A stretch of 63,787 nucleotides of DNA, filler included, from Octopus bimaculoides (lineage: Eukaryota): assembly GCF_001194135.2 (NCBI RefSeq). It is 8 parts of 8 records of this genome, joined end to end, with 100 filler letters (N's around TTAATTAATTAA, not from the genome) between each part and the next. Parts side by side here need not be neighbours in the genome. Positions count along the whole stretch, not along the records: positions 52,990 to 61,162 come from NC_068983.1; positions 61,263 to 62,614 come from NC_068993.1; positions 62,715 to 63,787 come from NC_068995.1; 5 more parts are not named here. The stretch is one strand, 5' to 3'. The notes under the pieces were generated by a model. It had not been told where the DNA came from. It searched no databases and saw only the letters and a program-made list of their open reading frames with translations. How positions within the stretch are numbered: the stretch's first letter is position 1; each line of letters begins with the position of its first letter. Both the position numbers and the translations under genes were made by a program. Shown here piece after piece: positions 53,046 through 63,787 of this stretch.

Positions 53046-54228
53046 TGTATATATATACATGCTCGAATGCAGAAATACATATCGCATACAGAAGTGGCAT
53101 TCTTCTTATTTCGTTGGTTCATTGTAATGTCTATACCTCTCACGCCATGCCGAAGCATTTTCTTAACACTTGATCTTACATATTTTCTGTTGTCTCTATA
53201 TTTATGCTCTGTCATCAAACGATTTTATTTACTTCGTGTGTATTTCATGCATAGCGTAGAACGTTACGTAGGTTGATGAAAAAATTTCTGTATCCTTCTC
53301 TGCTTTGATTGTTGACTTTCGTGCAGATAGCGGAACCGTGTTATGAATTTTTAATTGCGTTAGGAAATGCTTCGCAGTTATTTATGCGTGCTGTAGACTG
53401 ATATTTCTGAAACATTAAATATCAGTCTGTTGCAGCAATGATTCCTGCTTCATATGAGAATCTAAGGGCTGTAGGCTGAGGATATGGCAGCAACACAGCA
53501 ATTACCTTTTGTCTTTGTTTATATTAAGTAATTTTAGGAACTAAATTTTTGAGATTCGCGCGCGCGCACACATACATACACACACACACACACACANNNN
53601 NNNNNNNNNNNNNNNNNNNNNNNNNNNNNNNNNNNNNNNNNNNNNNNNNNNNNNNNNNNNNNNNNNNNNNNNNNNNNNNNNNNNNNNNNNNNNNNNNNNN
53701 NNNNNNNNNNNNNNNNNNNNNNNNNNNNNNNNNNNNNNNNNNNNNNNNNNNNNNNNNNNNNNNNNNNNNNNNNNNNNNNNNNNNNNNNNNNNNNNNNNNN
53801 NNNNNNNNNNNNNNNNNNNNNNNNNNNNNNNNTATATATATTAGAAAAAATAATAAGGTACTCAGATATCTGGATGGTTATACATTTACAGATTTTTATT
53901 GATATGTCACATGTTTTATAAATATTAGCGCTTGCACCTATTGTTGTAGGTTATACTTATGTACACACCATATATATGTGTATGTTTGTTGTTATATCGA
54001 GTTATAATAAAACAGTTTTACTTTAGACAGAACGGTTACACAATACATTTTGTAGAGAACATGTTTATGATTCTTTTGCAAGATTAATAAATATATGCAC
54101 ATTTATACATTTATATATTTCCATTTATACGTTTATGCATATATCTACATTACCTTTGTACATGCATGAGTGTACTATATAAATTTCTATAATGTACTTC
54201 GAAAGTATTGTATATGCCTGAATGTGTA

Positions 54229-54289
<61 letters not shown>

Positions 54290-54467
54290 ATGTGTAAATG
54301 TGCAAGTGTGTATGTTTATATCACTATAGTATACCTGTTTTACTAAACTATTCAATAATATATGTGTTTTGTAGTATACTTGTGCAATATAAAGAGTGAA
54401 AAGCATTTTACACTGTTATCGTCTCTGTAAATGAAAAGTAACAAACTTAGCCTCATACATGCATACA

Positions 54468-54501
<34 letters not shown>

Positions 54502-54812
54502 AATATATACATACATAAACATATATATACATTATTAATATATAAGCATAGAAAATTAAATGAATGAATGAAGCAAATAGCGGGTTTTAACACTTATTAT
54601 AATTTCTTTGTCAGTGACTTCAAAATGAAACTTTCATGCAAGTAACAGGCTTTCATATATTCACATGTACGCATATATTACACGTGTGTTGTGTTTGTCA
54701 TCATGTATCCTATATATACAGATGCCTGTGCGTGTACATATAACGAAATATTACCTTTGTCTAATGCATAAAACATGTACATGTAGACAGACAAATAAAT
54801 AGATAGATAGAC

Positions 54813-54875
<63 letters not shown>

Positions 54876-54935
54876 GTGTGAGAGAGAGAGAGAGCGAGAG
54901 ACAAACAGACAGACAGACAGAGCAACATGTCTTAC

Positions 54936-55596
54936 CTGTGTAGTCGACCAGTCGTGGCATAAACATTCCATTCCTTGAAAGCCAGTCGTACGAAACCCCT
55001 TGCATTTGTGCAAGTTTAAAAGCTTGTTCGGTAGGGCTGTGAAATGCACTCCCGGGCAAGAAAGGTAGACCTGGGTGGCCAGCACCCGAATGTCCATTAT
55101 AAGCGGCTGCCAATAGTTGCTGACCACCGTGGAACAGTCCAGTAAGAGGGAGATGTGTTTGAAAAACACCTGCTGCATGTTGCAAGTTTAACAATCCGGG
55201 TTTGGGGACAAAACTCATTGTAATTGGAGGTGACACACTTGTATCGGGGCTTACAGCCGGGGACAGCCGAGACGCACTTGAGTCCGTTGAAGGGGGTCGC
55301 GGTGAACTGCCCCTTGATATGCTACCTGCATTGTTGATGTTGCTCTTCAGTAAAATACTGTTATGATTGTGAATGTTGTTGTTATTGTTGCTACTGCTGT
55401 TGTTGCTGCTGTTGTTACTGTTGTTGTTATTGTTGTTGCTGTTTCCACCGTTGAAATTGTTGCTGTTGTGGAGATGATGGTTGTGGCCGTTGTTCATGCT
55501 GTTTAACATTTTGTTCCCAGCAGAATACAGTGAGATTTTCGTTTGGGGTTCTTTTGCCAACAGAGCGTCTATGCTAAATGATTTAGCCGACTCCAT
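54936..55596 (-). CDS. Mnx: Mnx/Hb9 (motor neuron and pancreas homeobox) first coding exon, 220 codons + 1 nt; homeobox exons not in view
   Basis: ATG at 55596 gives MESAKSFSIDALLAKEP, an eh1 motif matching the MNX1 N-terminus MEKSKNFRIDALLA. Then SPPITMSFVPKPGLL (cf. MNX1 LLPKPGFL) and YDWLSRNGMFMPRLVDYT (cf. MNX1 [20 protein letters not shown]). The exon ends TAC ACA G|GTAAGA, a phase-1 donor at the position where MNX1 exon 1 ends, as recalled. Confidence 0.9.
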
Positions 55597-56067
55597 GTTT
55601 GAAATTAAGTGCGAAATCCAAATGGGTTTGTTATCAACAAGACCATATACATACACAGATGAACATAAATATATATATATATATAAATACAAATATAAGA
55701 TATAATATATATTATATAGATAATTTTCATACACACCCACCCACCCAAACAGACACGTACACAACACACACGATCATAAACTCCCAAGAATGTTGAAACT
55801 GTCAACTATTCATACATGTGCATAAACATTTTTCACATACACGTATATACATATACGTGCATGTCATTAATAATTATATATGTATGTGTGTGCGTGTATT
55901 TATATATATATATGTATATATATGACACAAATATCTTTGTTTATGTGTATATAATTATAAACATAGAACTATAAAGTCATATATATTTTTTTAAAATAGA
56001 TCATCACATAAACTTATGCATCATATATATATACATATATATATACACTTTTTCTTTCTTCCTCTCT

Positions 56068-56104
<37 letters not shown>

Positions 56105-56268
56105 AGAAAAATATCAATAGTAAATTTTCAATAAAATTTCAATAGAAAATTATCAATATTGATTTTAAACTTAAATTTTTGATAAGGTTCACTAAATAAT
56201 ATTTTTCGAAAATTCAGATATTAAATTCTAAAATTTGCAAAAAGAAATCTAATGAAAGAACATGATTC

Positions 56269-56335
<67 letters not shown>

Positions 56336-58149
56336 TAACAATAACAACAAAACAATAATTATAATAGTAATAATAATAATAATGATATTTACAATAATGA
56401 TGGTGATTAATTTGAAATCCGAACGTATGAATTGATAAGGTTTAGAAATTCTAATGAGAAAATACAAAGAGTTTAAAGATTAATAAACAACACAATAAAT
56501 AGAATCCGATCTCTTTCACTCTCACTCTATTTCCGTTTGTCTCTCTCCGTCTCTCTCTCTCTCTTTCTCTTCCCCAAAATATACTTTCCGACAGGTAACT
56601 TGAGACTGACTGAATAAAAAAACAAACGTTCACTTCAATCAAACTAAAGCCTTATTAACCTCTCATCATAGATGACTTGCTTTCACAGAATATCATTCAC
56701 AAATGAGGAGGAAACAACTGTCCTCTTCCCCCCACCACACACTATCTCTCTTTCCCTCTCTCTCACACACACGCGCGCTCTATCTACCCTCCCCCTCTCT
56801 CTCTCTCTCTCATTCTCTCTGTCACTGCTCTAAGAAAACAAACGGATATTATAAATGCATAATCGCTTTTTTCCTGCCTCCTCCTCCTCCTTTCCTCTTG
56901 TTTTCACTCCTACTATTTTCCCCTCCTCCTCTCTCTTCTACTTCTTTCCACCCTCCCTCTTTTTCTCTCTCTCTCTCTCTCCCACTCTCTCTCTCTCAAC
57001 ACCTTCCTTATGTAGCGTCAATTTGTTTATATCGCTTCTACCTCTTTCTTTCTCCTCCTCCCACCTTTTCTTTCGCCCTTCGTTCTCTTCCTTCTTTTCC
57101 TCTTGTATAATTTTTTATTGAGTATTTTTTGTCATTTGTCTATATTTTTATTTTATACTCATATATATATATATATANNNNNNNNNNNNNNNNNNNNNNN
57201 NNNNNNNNNNNNNNNNNNNNNNNNNNNNNNNNNNNNNNNNNNNNNNNNNNNNNNNNNNNNNNNNNNNNNNNNNNNNNNNNNNNNNNNNNNNNNNNNNNNN
57301 NNNNNNNNNNNNNNNNNNNNNNNNNNNNNNNNNNNNNNNNNNNNNNNNNNNNNNNNNNNNNNNNNNNNNNNNNNNNNNNNNNNNNNNNNNNNNNNNNNNN
57401 NNNNNNNNNNNNNNNNNNNNNNNNNNNNNNNNNNNNNNNNNNNNNNNNNNNNNNNNNNNNNNNNNNNNNNNNNNNNNNNNNNNNNNNNNNNNNNNNNNNN
57501 NNNNNNNNNNNNNNNNNNNNNNNNNNNNNNNNNNNNNNNNNNNNNNNNNNNNNNNNNNNNNNNNNNNNNNNNNNNNNNNNNNNNNNNNNNNNNNNNNNNN
57601 NNNNNNNNNNNNNNNNNNNNNNNNNNNNNNNNNNNNNNNNNNNNNNNNNNNNNNNNNNNNNNNNNNNNNNNNNNNNNNNNNNNNNNNNNNNNNNNNNNNN
57701 NNNNNNNNNNNNNNNNNNNNNNNNNNNNNNNNNNNNNNNNNNNNNNNNNNNNNNNNNNNNNNNNNNNNNNNNNNNNNNNNNNNNNNNNNNNNNNNNNNNN
57801 NNNNNNNNNNNNNNNNNNNNNNNNNNNNNNNNNNNNNNNNNNNNNNNNNNNNNNNNNNNNNNNNNNNNNNNNNNNNNNNNNNNNNNNNNNNNNNNNNNNN
57901 NNNNNNNNNNNNNNNNNNNNNNNNNNNNNNNNNNNNNNNNNNNNNNNNNNNNNNNNNNNNNNNNNNNNNNNNNNNNNTTACGGTTTTACTTTTTGAGTTC
58001 AAATTCCGCCGAGGTCGACTTTCATCCTTTCGGAGTTGATAAAATACGTACCACTTTAGCATGGGTTCGATCATATCGATTATGCCCACTGCCCTAAAAT
58101 TTCAGGTCCTGTGCCTATAATAGAAATAATTATCAGTCATTATTATATA

Positions 58150-58365
58150 TTAAGACGGCGAGCTGGCAGAATCGTTATCACGCGGGACAAAATACTAAGA
58201 GACATTTTCTTCTGGAGCTTTTACGTTCTGAGTTCAAATACCGCCGAAGTCAACTTTGCCTTTCATCCTTTCGGGGTCGATAAATTAAGTACCAGTTAAG
58301 CTCTGGGGTCGATGTAATCGACTAGCCCTCTACCCACAGATTTCAGGCCGTGTGCTTAGAGTAGG
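58150..58365 (+). mobile_element. SINE family B (tRNA-derived, core GTCGACTTTGCCTTTCATCCTTTCGGGGTCGATAAA..AGTACCAG)
   Basis: Head GGCGAGCTGGCAGAATCGTTA, B-box GAGTTCAAATACC. Other copies at about 6265-6480, 15540-15860 (two), 16760-16930, 20480-21290 (two), 35960-36170, 37055-37255, 57980-58135. Confidence 0.8.
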
Positions 58366-58756
58366 AAGGAAAACATCAACAAATATAGCCAAAGTGAAAG
58401 GCGAAAACCACAGAATAAGTAAGCGGTTATGTTGGCATAGAAGTTGTTGTTGTTACTGCTATTTAACCCCAGGTTGAGCCCTCATCGAGAAGACTATGAT
58501 TTGATCGAACACATTCTAGTTGTATCCATCACGTTTTTTTTTTTTTNNNNNNNNNNATATATATATATATATCCGTATAGATGGTGAGTGTCAAGTGAAT
58601 ATATATATCTCTCTCTCTTTCTCTCTCTTTCTTCCTCTCCTTTCATTTACGTGTATATGTGTATGTACGTGTGTGCGTGCGTTTTTGTCGTTTTATTACG
58701 TTTAGATGGTATGTAATTCCTGGAAAATTCAGTCTGCTGATATTATTATCATCATC

Positions 58757-58848
<92 letters not shown>

Positions 58849-59101
58849 ACAGTGACAACAATAATAATAGCCACTGCAAGAACAACAGTAGCAACAAGGT
58901 ATCCCTCTCTTTATTGCTTCTTGTATCTGTATACACGCGTGCGTGTGTGCGTGTGTGTGTGTGTCTGTGTGTGTGTGTGTGTGTGTGTGCGTGTGTGTGT
59001 GTGTGTGTTTGTGTGTGTTTGTATTGAATTAACCTTAGTAGATTGATTAGTAAATAAGTCATTAAATAACGGTATGTGTACGTGTGAGTGCGTACGTGTG
59101 C

Positions 59102-59139
<38 letters not shown>

Positions 59140-59350
59140 AGCGAAGATCTCTTGTGTCGGCTAATTAAACAGAAAATAAAAAAAAGGGGTGGAGCTTCAA
59201 GGATTTATCAAACAGTAGGAACACGATATATTGTGGTGTTCATGCCTTTTCCCAAAAGGACATATAGCGGCCATGAATAAAATAGCAATGTCTATGATAA
59301 TGTTGACGACCACGAAGATAATGATGATGATGATGATAATAATAATAATG

Positions 59351-59385
<35 letters not shown>

Positions 59386-59439
59386 TGTTATTATATAAGA
59401 ACAACAACAACAACCTGAATATTGGAGACGATGTAAAAC

Positions 59440-59730
59440 TACATAGAAACAGAAGTCAATGACTGATCATAAGTGGAATGTAAGAATCCCGATCTAATTG
59501 CTTTCCGTAATCAGACGGTAGAAAATAGAGCAGCAGGAGTTACAGTGAGGACAGAAGCAGCAGCGGCGGCGGCGGCGTCGCCAATGGCAGCAGCAGTGGT
59601 GATGGAGGTTGTGGTTGCAAGGGTAGTAGTGAAAGAAGCCATTCGGAGAGGGCGGGACCAGAAACGGCACAGTAGTGTGACAGCGTTAAGTGGCCAACTG
59701 TTTAATGACTGAATTAAAAGCTACCGGTCG
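59440..59730. promoter_or_regulatory. Candidate cis-regulatory element about 4 kb upstream of the Mnx start codon
   Basis: Unique, GC-richer island with CCAAT (59581), GC box GGGCGGG (59650), NK-type TTAAGTGG (59686) and several TAAT cores. Confidence 0.3.
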
Positions 59731-60005
59731 GCTCGGGGTCGGACAAGGAAAGGAAAGGCTAAGGAAAGGAAGGGATGTGCCGAAAGGGTAGTGGTGCTGG
59801 TGGGGATAGTAGAGCTGGTGCTGGTGCTGGTGGAGCGGAAGACTATGTAAATAGATGAATGAACGAGGGTGGATGTTTGGGTAGGTGTATTTTGTTAACG
59901 GTGACGGCAGCGATAAGAGAGGTATCGGGTTGAGTGAGATTTTGTGAGCAAAGAGAAAAGAACAAGCAACATAAATGATAGCTAGCTAGCTAGCTAGCTA
60001 GCTAT

Positions 60006-60067
<62 letters not shown>

Positions 60068-60252
60068 AATAGATAGATAGAGAATAAAAGACAAGCTGAC
60101 AAATAAATAGACAAAGAGACTGATGATAGACTGACAGAAAAATAGACAATCATATAGGCAGTCAGACGGTCAGCTAGACAGAGAGATAAGTAGACAGACA
60201 GGCAGGCAGACAGATAAACAGACAGCTAGGCAGACGAGACACACAACGAGAC

Positions 60253-60338
<86 letters not shown>

Positions 60339-60514
60339 GCATGCAGACAGACAGGCAAGCAGACCGAAAGACAGAAAAACGTACTGACAGACCGATGGAT
60401 AGACAAACAGAAGGAAAAAATAGACTGACAAATAGACAGTGAGACATTCAGACAAGCAGCTAGACAGATAGATAGATAGACGCGTAGGCAGAGAAACAGA
60501 CAAACAGTCATACT

Positions 60515-60558
<44 letters not shown>

Positions 60559-61064
60559 GTACTCATTTATCTATCTATTCCTCTCTCTCTATTTAGCTAT
60601 AAATCTAAATGTTACTGCAATGTTTATTTTAAGCACTTTTAAGCATAACAACTGGGTATTTACCGATGGTGTGAGTACACAGGATAGAGTCAAATTTATT
60701 TTGACGTTCAAGTTGAGTGGAACTTCACATATATTTATGTATCTCTCTATCTAATATATATATATGTATGTATATTAGGTATATATTAAATATGTATATA
60801 TATATTATATTATAATAATATAATTTATATGTATACACAGAGAGAGAGAGAGAGAGAGAAAGTGATAATGGCATATCAAATTCCGTACCGCACAAATTCT
60901 CCATTTATAAAAACTATCTCCACCTCTAGAGGATGTGTCATTATTATCACATAGCAATTAAAACCACCTCCAACATAGAGAAGGCTATATATGTGAATGC
61001 GTGTGTGTAATATATATATAAATGTGTATGCGTGTTTACATATATATATTATGTAAGTGTGTGA

Positions 61065-61097
<33 letters not shown>

Positions 61098-61098
61098 C

Positions 61099-61162
<64 letters not shown>

Positions 61163-61374
61163 NNNNNNNNNNNNNNNNNNNNNNNNNNNNNNNNNNNNNN
61201 NNNNNNTTAATTAATTAANNNNNNNNNNNNNNNNNNNNNNNNNNNNNNNNNNNNNNNNNNNNAAAATATCTTTTTACCCGTACCTATTTATTGCACTTAC
61301 TAGTGTAATAATTATTGGGTATTCTTCCAGCAGTATATGGGATAGATATTATCTCTTAGTGGGTTGGATTCCTT

Positions 61375-61411
<37 letters not shown>

Positions 61412-61412
61412 C

Positions 61413-61445
61413 ACTAGCAGAGGTACCAGGCGTTGCTCGGGATTA
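61413..61445 (-). mobile_element. Helitron-type 3' terminus
   Basis: Minus strand reads CCCGAGCAACGCCTGGTACCTCTGCTAG|T: a subterminal hairpin plus CTAG end before a T. Confidence 0.6.
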
Positions 61446-61795
61446 AAATGGCATAGTTTTTTTTATTGCTTTACTTGTTTCGGTTATGTCACTGCGGACA
61501 TGCTGGAGCACCGCCTTTAGTCGAAGAAATCGACCCCAAGGTTTTATTGTTTGTAAGGCTAACACTTATTCTACTGTAGTGTTTTGCCAAATGGCTTAAT
61601 TATGCGAAAGTAAACACACCATCATCGGTTGTCAAGCGATGGTGAGGGTACAAAGATAGACAGACAGACAGACAGACACACACACACACACACACATATA
61701 TATACATATATATATACACGCACATATATATACATATATATACATACATACATATATATATGTCTATATACATACATTTATACATACTTATACAA

Positions 61796-61826
<31 letters not shown>

Positions 61827-61837
61827 NNNNNNNNNNA

Positions 61838-62579
61838 GCACTATGATGCAATTCACTCTGACAGAAATTTGGAAACGACATGCTGTGCTGCTTGGCATTC
61901 GGGCTGGAAGCGCCAATACGAACATTTAAGAGCGTTTGGCAGTCAAACTAAGGACAGTGCAATCTGAGTACATGAGCCGAGAGTGATAAAAACCAAACAT
62001 CGTGTCAACATCACGGTATCTGGAGTGATCACTAGTGATGGTGACGTTATGCCTGCATTCATCTTCCTACACGGCCTGAGACTCAACATAGAGGCCTACA
62101 TCAAGTGCCTCGAAGAGGTAGTGTTGCCCTGGGTCAAGAGGATGGCTGCTGAAAGACCCTATGTCTGGCAACAAGACTCTGCACCATGCCACACACGCAG
62201 GAGAACTCAGTCATGGCTATCAGACAATTTCTGCAACCACATCATCCCGAACATCTGGCCGCTTAACTTCCCAGACTACAAAGCCCTTGATTATTATGTG
62301 TGGGTCACAGTTGAGCGAAAGACCAAGAAAACTCCTTGTAACACCAAAGATGAACTGAAGGCAAGGATTATGGCAGCATTCACCAACTTAAACAAGGAGA
62401 CCGGCCAGAAGATTTGAAGGAGATTCCAAAGTCGTCTGTAGGCCGTGGTTCAAACCAATGGCGATTCTATTCAATAAATTTAGATATTTTTTATGTAATT
62501 TTGGTAAATATGTCTATTAAAATGAAATGTCAGTGTTATTTTCATTTTTGCGTAATTTAGACGACAACATATTCACCAC

Positions 62580-62585
<6 letters not shown>
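61838..62585 (+). mobile_element. Tc1/mariner DD37D transposase deletion derivative with 3' TIR
   Basis: N-terminal WKRHAVLLGIRAG, then ORF 61983-62417 with VWQQDSAPCH..WPLNFPDYKALDYYVW; there are 37 residues between the 2nd and 3rd catalytic Asp. Ends ..GACAACATATTCACCACACCCT, homologous to the TIR of the 19.2 kb copy. Confidence 0.85.
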
Positions 62586-62614
<29 letters not shown>

Positions 62615-62734
62615 NNNNNNNNNNNNNNNNNNNNNNNNNNNNNNNNNNNNNNNNNNNNTTAATTAATTAANNNNNNNNNNNNNNNNNNNNNNNNNNNNNN
62701 NNNNNNNNNNNNNNTATATATATATATATCATCA

Positions 62735-62975
62735 TCATCAACATCATCATCGTCGTTTAACATCCGCTTTCCATGCTAGCATGGGTTGGACGATTTGACT
62801 GAGGACTGGTGAACCAGATGGCTGTACCAGGCTCCAATCTGATCTGGCAGAGTTTCTACAGCTGGATGCCCTTCCTAACGCCAACCACTCAGAGAGTGTA
62901 GTGGGTGCTTTTACGTGCCACCGGCACGAGGGCCAGTCAGGTGGTACTGGCAACAGCCGCGCTCATAATGGTTTT
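62735..62975 (-). mobile_element. SINE/LINE-tail family D (GGCGTTAGGAAGGGCATCCAGC core, (GAT)n tail)
   Basis: Homologous copies at about 277-375 (+), 8150-8720 (-) and 63535-63787 (-); all end in ..GGACGTTAAACGATGATGAT. Confidence 0.75.
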
Positions 62976-63232
62976 TCTGCTTGATTCATTGGTTAGCTGA
63001 ATGATTAATTGAATAATTGAATAGTTAAGTGGTAAAAGCTGATGAATTGACTAATAAAAATAAAAGAAGTGAAACAAAACCAGTGTGCGTTTTTATTATT
63101 ATTATTGGCATGATGACCCTCCCAAAATACAACAAAATCTGTTTCAACACATGGAGTTTATGTCAAGAATCCTGCAAAACAAATACAAAAATAAAAATTC
63201 ACCTGATCCTGGAAACCAAAAAAGATACTCAC

Positions 63233-63359
63233 CTGTTCAAATGTTGAGAATCCTTCGATTTTCTTCTGTCCGATGAAATACCAAACATCTCGAAATTTGA
63301 GATTTTGGATCATACTACTGCCATATTCATTCAATAGCTGCCTGGCATTTTGACCAAGC
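63233..63359 (-). CDS. Internal coding exon (127 nt) of an ILEI/PANDER (FAM3-like) domain protein
   Basis: Acceptor atatatttcAG|G and donor CAG|GTGAGT. Translation LGQNARQLLNEYGSSMIQNLKFRDVWYFIGQKKIEGFSTFEQ aligns with FAM3C [42 protein letters not shown]. Could be a FAM3 ortholog or an invertebrate ILEI plus glycosyltransferase protein. Confidence 0.85.
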
Positions 63360-63496
63360 CTGAAATATATATACATTATAATGCAATAAGAAAATGGAGG
63401 GGAATATGAGGTACTCATCAACTTGCAGACACTGTATTCTGTTGATTAATCTGTTTATTTTATAACCAAAATGACAATAAAGACAATATACAATGT

Positions 63497-63533
<37 letters not shown>

Positions 63534-63787
63534 TCATCATTGTCATTGTTTAACGTCTGCTTTCTATGCTGGCATAGGTTGGACGGTTTGACTGAGGACT
63601 GATGAGCCAGAAGGCTGCACTAGGTTCAATCTGATCTGGCAAAGTTTTTACAGCTGGATGCCCTTCCTAACACCAACCACTCCGAGAGTGTAGTGAGTGC
63701 TTTTACGTGCCACCAGCACGAGGGCCAGTCAGGAAGTTCTGGCAACGACCATGCTCAAAAGGTGGTTTTTACGTGCTACTTGCACGG

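Noticed and set aside
59474-59485. TGGAATGTAA resembling the miR-1 5' end
   Set aside because: Match stops after about 10 nt and there is no hairpin partner.
60876-61000. Short unique peptide LLYVGGGFNCYVIIMTHPLEVEIVF as the next ILEI-gene exon
   Set aside because: No phase-0 acceptor giving an open frame, and no similarity to the expected ILEI C-terminus.

Overview
Eukaryotic, AT-rich, repeat-dense draft-assembly window, most likely an octopus (Octopus bimaculoides-like; inferred from the SINE families, microsatellite load and gap style). Only two host coding exons are supportable, both on the minus strand. One is the first coding exon of the motor-neuron homeobox gene Mnx/Hb9 (55596-54936: eh1 motif FSIDALL, FVPKPGLL, and DWL..GMFMPRLVDY before a phase-1 GT donor). 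The other is a 127-nt internal exon of an ILEI/PANDER (FAM3-like) domain gene (63359-63233). The Mnx homeobox exons are not visible in the 54.9 kb downstream. The rest is mobile DNA: several tRNA-derived SINE families, three DD37D (maT-type) Tc1/mariner deletion derivatives, a decayed Helitron helicase and Helitron ends, a Penelope-like RT/GIY-YIG element with a downstream hammerhead-like motif, R4/Dong-like and CRE-like RLE retrotransposon fragments, and an L1/Tx1-like ORF1. There are also many microsatellites, N-gaps with an artificial TTAATTAATTAA spacer, and an Illumina adapter remnant. No CRISPR, rRNA or true tRNA genes were seen. Family assignments come from recalled motifs, not database searches. 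I found no clearly new biological system. The best leads are the Mnx/ILEI gene arrangement, the hammerhead-like motifs, and a Helitron-like segment carrying a SINE fragment that resembles shrimp repeats.
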